Below the pieces are notes generated by a model, which ran no database searches, was not told where the DNA came from, and worked only from the letters and a program-made list of their open reading frames with translations. Of a stretch of 64,000 bases of DNA, positions 57,789 to 64,000 are shown one piece after another; within the stretch, counting starts at the first letter, position 1; the number at the start of each line of letters is the position of its first letter. The translations under genes and the position numbers were made by a program. Source of the DNA: Bacteroidota bacterium (GTDB lineage: Bacteria > Bacteroidota > Bacteroidia > AKYH767-A > JAHEYN01); NCBI GenBank assembly GCA_023251555.1, contig JAHEYN010000001.1:75433-139432 (forward strand). The letters are read 5' to 3'.

Positions 57789-58532
57789 ATGAAGGCCCTG
57801 TATTCCATTGCATTTTTTCTTTTTTCCGTTTCACTTTATGCCCAGCAGCAGAGCGAGCTTTATGAAGAAGACGTGCCTCTCATCTATCATCACGAAATGA
57901 GCATCGGGTGGAATGTTCATTCCAACGGGATGGGTGCTGTGTTCAGGAAGGGGAAACAAAAGACAGTGAGCCGGAAACATTACTATGAGGTGGAAGCGGT
58001 GGGTATGCAGCATCCGAAGGAATACAAGTTCACGTATTATGAAGACGGCGGGAAGTTTGTGTTCGGCAAGCTGAATTCGCTTATGCTTGTCCGCACAGGC
58101 CTGGGTGTGCAGCGCATTATCTGCGGGAAGGGGGACAGGCTGGGGGTAGAGGTACGCTTTAATAACTTTGCCGGGATTTCCTGGGGTTTTGCCAAGCCGG
58201 TTTACCTGTATGTGCTTGTTCCTGCAAAGGATGGATCGCAAAAAAGAGAGCCCGAGATAAGAAAATACGACCCGTACAGATACAATGTTGATGACATCTA
58301 TGCCCAGGCTGATTATAAGTACGGGCTCAGCGAGCTGTCTGTATACCCTGGCCTTTATGCAAAGACAGGTTTCAGCTTTGACTTTGCTTCTTTTGATACA
58401 GGGATAAAGGGTCTCGAAACCGGTGTGGTTATTGATGCCTTCCCGAAAGTTATACCTGTCATGGCTTTCACGAGGAATCCGCAGGTATATTTAAGTTTTT
58501 ATTTTACGGTGTACTTCGGAACGAAGTGGTAA
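57789..58532 (+). CDS. Hypothetical secreted protein, possibly an outer-membrane beta-barrel.
   Basis: It has a signal peptide (…SVSLYAQQ), alternating hydrophobic beta-strand-like segments and a C-terminal aromatic (…YFGTKW). Confidence 0.4.
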   Translation: MKALYSIAFFLFSVSLYAQQQSELYEEDVPLIYHHEMSIGWNVHSNGMGAVFRKGKQKTVSRKHYYEVEAVGMQHPKEYKFTYYEDGGKFVFGKLNSLMLVRTGLGVQRIICGKGDRLGVEVRFNNFAGISWGFAKPVYLYVLVPAKDGSQKREPEIRKYDPYRYNVDDIYAQADYKYGLSELSVYPGLYAKTGFSFDFASFDTGIKGLETGVVIDAFPKVIPVMAFTRNPQVYLSFYFTVYFGTKW

Positions 58533-58542
58533 TGCCTATCCT

Positions 58543-59412
58543 ATGAGCGAAACAGGTATCCGTCCCGGTGATGTTAAAAGGAAGCCGTCCTGGCTGAAAG
58601 TGAAATTGCCTGTAGGAAAGGAGTATGCATCAGTGCGTGAGATCGTAGAAACCCATCGCCTTCATACCATCTGTGAGAGCGGGAATTGTCCCAATATGGG
58701 TGAATGCTGGGGGGCCGGTACGGCTACTTTCATGATACTCGGGAATGTGTGCACCCGTTCGTGCGGCTTTTGTGCTGTGGCTACGGGCAGGCCTTCGGCT
58801 GTTGACAGGGGAGAGCCGGCAAGGGTAGCAAATTCCGTCCGCCTCATGAAAATAAAACACTGTGTCATCACTTCGGTTGACCGTGACGACCTTGAAGACG
58901 GAGGCTCCGTAATATGGGCGGAAACAATCCTGGAAATCCGGAAACAGTCGCCGGGGACTACCATGGAAACACTGATTCCCGATTTTCAGGGCAAATGGGA
59001 AAATCTCCGCAGGATTGTTGATGCCGCCCCGGAGATTATCTCCCATAATCTTGAGACCGTAAGGAGGCTTACAAAGCAGGTGAGGGTACAGGCAAAGTAC
59101 GACAGGAGTCTTGAGGTGCTTGGAAAAGTAAAGGAGGCGGGTATTCGGACCAAGTCCGGCATTATGCTGGGCCTGGGGGAAACAAAAGAAGAAGTGCTGG
59201 AAACAATTAATGATATCAGGAATGCCGGCGTGGAGATATTAACGGTAGGGCAATACCTTCAGCCCACAAGAGAGCATCTGCCGGTGGCTGAATTTATCCG
59301 CCCAGAGGTTTTTGAAGAATACCGGAATACAGCATTAGGCATGGGTTTCCGTTATGTTGAAAGCGGCCCCCTGGTGCGCTCTTCCTACCACGCAGAACGG
59401 CATATCGGCTGA
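58543..59412 (+). CDS. lipA: Lipoyl synthase.
   Basis: It has the two Cys clusters [13 protein letters not shown] and [10 protein letters not shown] (radical SAM) and a length of 289 aa. Confidence 0.9.
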   Translation: MSETGIRPGDVKRKPSWLKVKLPVGKEYASVREIVETHRLHTICESGNCPNMGECWGAGTATFMILGNVCTRSCGFCAVATGRPSAVDRGEPARVANSVRLMKIKHCVITSVDRDDLEDGGSVIWAETILEIRKQSPGTTMETLIPDFQGKWENLRRIVDAAPEIISHNLETVRRLTKQVRVQAKYDRSLEVLGKVKEAGIRTKSGIMLGLGETKEEVLETINDIRNAGVEILTVGQYLQPTREHLPVAEFIRPEVFEEYRNTALGMGFRYVESGPLVRSSYHAERHIG

Positions 59413-59441
59413 TGCGGTATTTTGTTTAGCCAAAGTGTATT

Positions 59442-60671
59442 TTATTGTATTGTTGTTTTGATTGCCCCACTGTATTGATGATCGCAAATGATAGAGATAA
59501 AATACGATCCATCTGATAAATCGTCCCGTTCAATATTTATTTCAGAAGTGTCGTATGCTGTCAGTTTTTTTACAATTTGCCCGAAGGTGTTGTAGATGAA
59601 AACCATAATGTTTTTGTACTGTTTGTCTAAAATTATTTTAGACTTGTCTGTAACCGGATTCGGGGAAAAGCTGCAAATGTTACTATTGTTTTTATAGTCT
59701 TGTATTGCCTCAGCGATTGTTCCCCAATGCACCGCGTAAAAAATTCCTGTTAAACTGTCCGCTTCTGACATAAGTACATTTTCACCGGGATTGGGAAGCA
59801 CAGGAAAAATCGGATTAGAAATTATATTACCTGTTAGTGCATCAACTGAATACAAATAGGAGTTTCCACTATTGTCACCACCTGTAAAAATGTATCGCTT
59901 GTTCAAATCATCAAAAGTTGTGTTGCTATTAACAATCCACGTAACGCCAGATAAGCTATTGATATTTGTGAATGCTCCGGTAGTTGTATTTATTGCAGCC
60001 AGGTACTCTGTACTTGAAGAATTGTCCCAATGCAGTGCGTAAAGTGTATCCATTGAATTACTGTATTGTAATCCAATAAAATTTCCCGGAATTGGGGGAT
60101 TTGCAATTACACTCCCATTATTTGCGTCTATTGAATACAAATACCAATTACCGTTGTCGCCTCCAATGAAAATGAAACGATTGTTTATATTGTCAAAAGC
60201 TTTTTCACCTTGTAACCACTTAACTCCGGGTAAGCTGTCAATGAGTGTAACGGCACCTGTGGTCGTGTTAATAGAAATAAAATATTCGGTAGATATAGAG
60301 TTGTCCCAGCGGAGGCCCAATAATTTATTCATTGAATTGGAATATTCCCAACAAGAAACATTAGCGGGAAACGGTGGATTTGAAATAATGTTTCCTGTAT
60401 TGACATCTACGGAATAAAGTCCCCAGTTGTTATTTGCATCCGCCCCCCTGAAAATATAATGCTGATTTACATTGTCAAAAGTTGATGATGGCACAGATAC
60501 CCATTTAACACCTGGCAAACTATCCACTTTGGTAAAGTTGCCGTTGCCTGGATTAACTGTCACCAAATATTCCGTCTGCGCCTGGACAGCTGTCAAGGTG
60601 AAAAAGGTTACCATGATTAATAAATACGACTCGTCCTGAAATAAGTTGACACATTTTAGAAGCCTTTTCAT
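59442..60671 (-). CDS. Secreted repeat protein with three ~90-aa internal repeats and a C-terminal T9SS sorting domain. The ORF-track start at 60788 is probably over-extended; the likely start is MKRLLK….
   Basis: It has repeats of the type SLPGVKW…FDN.N..YIF.G.D…N..LYS.D..TGN.ISNPP.P, and a C-terminal …FSPNPVTDKSKIIL…GSYFISI… CTD. Confidence 0.6.
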   Translation of the reverse strand: MKRLLKCVNLFQDESYLLIMVTFFTLTAVQAQTEYLVTVNPGNGNFTKVDSLPGVKWVSVPSSTFDNVNQHYIFRGADANNNWGLYSVDVNTGNIISNPPFPANVSCWEYSNSMNKLLGLRWDNSISTEYFISINTTTGAVTLIDSLPGVKWLQGEKAFDNINNRFIFIGGDNGNWYLYSIDANNGSVIANPPIPGNFIGLQYSNSMDTLYALHWDNSSSTEYLAAINTTTGAFTNINSLSGVTWIVNSNTTFDDLNKRYIFTGGDNSGNSYLYSVDALTGNIISNPIFPVLPNPGENVLMSEADSLTGIFYAVHWGTIAEAIQDYKNNSNICSFSPNPVTDKSKIILDKQYKNIMVFIYNTFGQIVKKLTAYDTSEINIERDDLSDGSYFISIICDHQYSGAIKTTIQ

Positions 60672-60883
60672 CGTTTTGATTTTTTTTGAAATACTGTGAA
60701 TCGGGACAGTTTGCGATGTGCGGGATTTTGAAATACAAAATTGTCTGCCATTAAGATACAATTTTAAAACTAAAACGTCAGCCCGCATAGAGCAAATGCG
60801 CTGTTAGCTCAAGTGCATTTCTGTCTTGCGAAATTGCCTACCGAGTGCAAAATGTTTTAAAAAAACAATTGTCAAGCAAGAAA

Positions 60884-61798
60884 TTATTTGTCCGCTATTA
60901 CTAATTTTTTTGTCGCGATTAATTGGTTGTCCTGTGTCACGTGAACGAAATACAGTCCGCCTGCGAGATTGTCACGCGAGAAAGTAACTGTTTGCCCGCT
61001 GATGTTTTTTATTTGTTTTACTGTCTGCCCGAAACAATTGTCTACCGTGATAGTTGCGTTATTTAAAGTCATGTATGTCTGCAAAGTTGTCTGTATGGAA
61101 AAAGGGTTGGGATAGATTGCTAATGCTCGGTTGTCGTTTTGTTCTGCGACATTTAGAGGAGGAGATTGGCAATAGCCCACTACAGAATCCATATAAAGAT
61201 TTTGACTATTTTGTGTATAGCAATTAAGCTTAGAACCATGTTCTACGCCCTTGTCCATGGGGAGGAGTAGTCCATATGAGCTACCAATGCCTTCAATTAA
61301 AATTTCTATGCTGTCAATTCCGGCAATATGGAATCGCTTCCGATAAGTTGCCCCAATCAAAATTGAATCAATCGAATAAATTGTATTCCAAGGATAGAGC
61401 GGATTAACATACCATCGAGGAATTGTGTCCCCTATTGAAAGATTAAAATCGTATAGAAGAGTGTCCGCTGTCGCAGATGGCAACCTAAGAAATATTTGTC
61501 TCTGAGAAGTATCTTGTCGAAATGCACCAACATATCCAAAAGATGTTGCACCGTCATTTTGTCTGTAAGTGTATTCTTGAATTTTTTTGTAAGTATAAAT
61601 TCCAATTATTGTGTCGCCTGTAATCCAGTTCCAAATATTTACTTGTATGCCAACATAAGGTGGACAAGGGCACCAACCTTTCCCTGAAAACCAAGTTGCA
61701 TTACTATCTGGGAATGGATGATACTTTGCTGTCTGACTGAACGAAACAGTGAAGGTTAGAGAAACTGTCAAGCCGAGAAGAACTTTTTTCATTGACAT
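60884..61798 (-). CDS. Secreted hypothetical protein with a T9SS C-terminal sorting domain.
   Basis: It has a signal peptide and a C-terminal LAIYPNPFS…GGLYFVHV…KLVIAD CTD pattern. Confidence 0.55.
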   Translation of the reverse strand: MSMKKVLLGLTVSLTFTVSFSQTAKYHPFPDSNATWFSGKGWCPCPPYVGIQVNIWNWITGDTIIGIYTYKKIQEYTYRQNDGATSFGYVGAFRQDTSQRQIFLRLPSATADTLLYDFNLSIGDTIPRWYVNPLYPWNTIYSIDSILIGATYRKRFHIAGIDSIEILIEGIGSSYGLLLPMDKGVEHGSKLNCYTQNSQNLYMDSVVGYCQSPPLNVAEQNDNRALAIYPNPFSIQTTLQTYMTLNNATITVDNCFGQTVKQIKNISGQTVTFSRDNLAGGLYFVHVTQDNQLIATKKLVIADK

Positions 61799-62378
61799 GG
61801 ATACTGTAAAGATACAAAGTTACTGTCGAAAGTCAAGTCGCTGTCCGGCTGTTGGGTGTTTTTGCTAACTATTAATTATCGCTACTTTTTATGCTCAAAG
61901 GTAGCGTTATCATGCCAACTAAGGCGGCTTACGCTACCTGCTCCAAAAATATACGCTACCTCATTTTTCATCGTTCTTCTGATTTTTTATGTCAAGATTT
62001 AACTTGTCCAATGGACTTTGTACTACTATGCGCTTTTCCCATGGAGTTTTATTTAAGAGAATAAGGATGAGATAAATTTAAATATAAATTTTAAATCCAT
62101 ATTTCAGTGTGCCTTTCAGGAAGTATTCATAGGTGGCTGATTTGTCATGTTAACAGCAAATTTTTCCGATACTGTTCCCGTAGCAAAAATGAAAGGGATT
62201 GTGATATTTTTTTCTTTTCAAATAGCAAGATCACCGGCGGAGCTGAAGACCGGAGCCGGTGGCCGGAGGGCCAATTTTCAATGCCCCGGAACATGATAAT
62301 AATCATGGTTCCCGGTGATGCCTGTCATTCAGTCTGAGGGGATGCCCGGGTAATTTCGTATCATAAAATCGGGATCTT

Positions 62379-62801
62379 ATGATGCTTCATGTATATAATG
62401 AAATTGCCGCCAGTTTCACTGCGAGGGTATTTCTGGGACTTTTGTTCTTTTTTCAGGGATATGATGCTGTGTTCCGCGTGAAGGTGAAGGGTGTGATTGA
62501 GGCATTTGAATATCCTGCCGGCCTTAAGCACCTCGGCTTCTTGCTTGTCCCCGCTGCCTATTATACTTCTTATGTAGAATTGGTGGGAGGGCTTTTTCTT
62601 ACTGCGGGGTTGTGCAGGGATTACGCACTATACCTTCTCGGAACAGACATACTGATAGCCTCCGTTGCTTTCGGCATTGTGAGGCCCATGTGGGATATGA
62701 AATATGTGTTTCCGAGGCTGGCGCTGCTTCTCTTCCTGCTTGTTATCCCGTCGGAATGGGATGTTATTTCCCTGGATCACTACCTGCTTCACATTAAATG
62801 A
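62379..62801 (+). CDS. DoxX-family membrane protein.
   Basis: It has 3 to 4 TM helices and FLGLLFFFQGYDAV, a DoxX-like N-terminus. Confidence 0.45.
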   Translation: MMLHVYNEIAASFTARVFLGLLFFFQGYDAVFRVKVKGVIEAFEYPAGLKHLGFLLVPAAYYTSYVELVGGLFLTAGLCRDYALYLLGTDILIASVAFGIVRPMWDMKYVFPRLALLLFLLVIPSEWDVISLDHYLLHIK

Positions 62802-63091
62802 AAATGAAGAACAATCTTTTCCCGTTACTGATGGCTGCACTTTTTACCTGTGTATTATTTTCCTGCATGCCTGACAATGGAGCCGGGAGTGGCGCAGGTG
62901 ACAGCCTTGGAATAGAAAATCCTGCTGTCGAAGAGCCTTTTGAAATAGACTACAATAAGGTTTATGCCTGCCCTGATCATACGGATCAGCACAGCGTTTC
63001 ACCCGGAAAATGTCCTGTATGCGGGAAGGATATGAAACTTGTAAAACCTGCTGAGGGAAAAGGCAGCAGCGATTCATCATCGGCAAAATAA
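62798..63091 (+). CDS. Lipoprotein with a heavy-metal-binding domain (HMBD) of the type found at the N-terminus of copper/silver efflux adaptor proteins.
   Basis: It has lipobox LFSCM and YACPDHTDQHSVSPGKCPVCGKDM, which matches the YxCPMHP…GKCPxCGMxL HMBD signature. It overlaps the DoxX gene by 4 nt. Confidence 0.45.
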   Translation: MKMKNNLFPLLMAALFTCVLFSCMPDNGAGSGAGDSLGIENPAVEEPFEIDYNKVYACPDHTDQHSVSPGKCPVCGKDMKLVKPAEGKGSSDSSSAK

Positions 63092-63095
63092 GAAT

Positions 63096-64000
63096 ATGAA
63101 GAGGATACTTGTCCCCATCGATTTTTCTTCCAATGCAGGCGATGCGCTCCGCTTTGCGTCGGAGATTGCACATCGTCTGGGTCTTGGCATATTTTTATTT
63201 CATGCATACCATGAAGCCTTGCAGGACCCCGATGTTTCCGAGGCTGCCATCGGCAGGATCCGGATCGGCGAAAAGAGAAAAATATATAAACGTCTTCATA
63301 AGATCCGGGAGGGCATACTTGCGGAGTTCATGCGGAAAAAATCCGATATAAAATGCTGGGTGGAAGGTGGAATAGGGCTTGCCGCAGAAGAGATTCTTGA
63401 TTTTGCAGGGAGCAGAAAAGTACCTGTGATTGTTATGGGTGCAAGGGGAGAAAGCGCGGCAGCCCGTTTTTTTTTCGGGAGTGTATCAACCAGGGTTGCC
63501 GCCGGAGCGGCTTGTCCTGTAATGGTTATTCCGCCGGGGTACAGGGCAGGGAAAAAAATAAAAATGCTTTTTGCCGTGGGCGACGTCCTCCCCCCGGCGG
63601 GCATTATACGGCATTTTTTTGATTTTGCAGACAGGTTAGATGCCGCGGCCGAATTTGTTCATGTGTGCAGGCCGGGAGAAGAAAATGCTGCGGCCCGGGT
63701 AGAGGGTGCTTTCAGGGAAATGCCGGAGAGGCGTTCGAACACCCGCCTGAGAATAATCAAAAGCCCGGATGTGGCGGGCGGACTTAACAAATACGCTGTT
63801 AAGTGCAGGGCAGGAATGTTAATTATGTATGCCCGTCACGAGGCACTCCTGAAAAAAATACTGAACCGGAGTGTGAGCACTTCCATGATATACCATACAA
63901 CTATCCCTCTTCTTATTTATCCTGCTGATTTCAGGGAAGAGAACAAGCGGAAATATTCAATCCGCCGTAGCGGAACACGAAGGTCCGGGGCTTACTCCGG
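63096..64000 (+). CDS. Universal stress protein (tandem UspA domains), 3' partial. The frame is open to the window end, and the ORF track omits it because it has no stop in the window.
   Basis: My own translation from the ATG at 63096 gives MKRILVPIDFSSNAGDALRFASEIAHRLG…VIVMGARGES… for the first Usp domain and …KMLFAVGDV… for the second. About 301 codons have no stop. Confidence 0.55.
   Translation, partial: MKRILVPIDFSSNAGDALRFASEIAHRLGLGIFLFHAYHEALQDPDVSEAAIGRIRIGEKRKIYKRLHKIREGILAEFMRKKSDIKCWVEGGIGLAAEEILDFAGSRKVPVIVMGARGESAAARFFFGSVSTRVAAGAACPVMVIPPGYRAGKKIKMLFAVGDVLPPAGIIRHFFDFADRLDAAAEFVHVCRPGEENAAARVEGAFREMPERRSNTRLRIIKSPDVAGGLNKYAVKCRAGMLIMYARHEALLKKILNRSVSTSMIYHTTIPLLIYPADFREENKRKYSIRRSGTRRSGAYS
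63958..64000 (+). repeat. Palindromic repeat element, copy e, truncated by the window end.
   Basis: tcaatccgccgtagcggaacacgaaggtccggggcttactccgg. Confidence 0.6.

Overview
The window looks like a Bacteroidota chromosome segment. The evidence is T9SS C-terminal sorting domains on several secreted proteins, SBBP beta-propeller repeats, and a Wzm/Wzt-type glycan locus. It opens inside dnaN, so it lies near the replication origin. Next come an FNR-type regulator, queD and hemN, and then a 985-aa T9SS-sorted SBBP-repeat protein.

An ~8 kb, conspicuously A+T-rich island spans about 7.0 to 15.2 kb. It carries three tandem paralogous T9SS cargo genes plus a 3' remnant of a fourth. A complete IS3-family element, with orfA/orfB in a -1 frameshift arrangement, has inserted exactly into the terminator hairpin of the third paralog. 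A second, 5'-truncated copy of the same IS lies about 2.5 kb further on. Between the two IS ends sits an extremely A+T-rich gene pair: a LanC-like cyclase-domain gene whose 3' end runs into the IS, and an S41 (PDZ) peptidase.

A ~31 kb surface-glycan (O-antigen/capsule-like) biosynthesis locus spans 18.5 to 49.3 kb. It is almost entirely on the minus strand and is an ABC-transporter-dependent (Wzm/Wzt) type. It contains a UDP-glucose dehydrogenase and UDP-glucuronate decarboxylase, and three DegT aminotransferases. The glycosyltransferases are GT2, GT4 and GT1-like, and there is an acyltransferase-3. An NDP-hexose 2,3-dehydratase sits next to a Gfo/Idh/MocA reductase, which is deoxysugar chemistry unusual for this phylum. 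There are three methyltransferases: one FkbM and two with Cys4 ribbons. It also has a NeuB-family synthase, a WbqC-like protein, AsnB and an N-acetyl-sugar amidotransferase. Embedded in it are odd enzymes: a neutral-ceramidase-like protein, a PhyH-like oxygenase and a TagF/KpsC-like protein.

Downstream are purB, a VanY-like peptidase, an Omp85-family barrel, ung and a DinD-like gene. A higB/higA-like toxin-antitoxin pair and an OsmC-like gene follow. The window then continues with lipA, two more T9SS cargo genes, a DoxX protein, a metal-binding lipoprotein and a universal stress protein that runs off the window end.

A family of ~75 to 115 bp palindromic intergenic repeat elements occurs at least five times in the right half. 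No rRNA, tRNA or CRISPR array was recognised. All coordinates follow the supplied ORF track; my own base counting can drift by about 1 nt in places.
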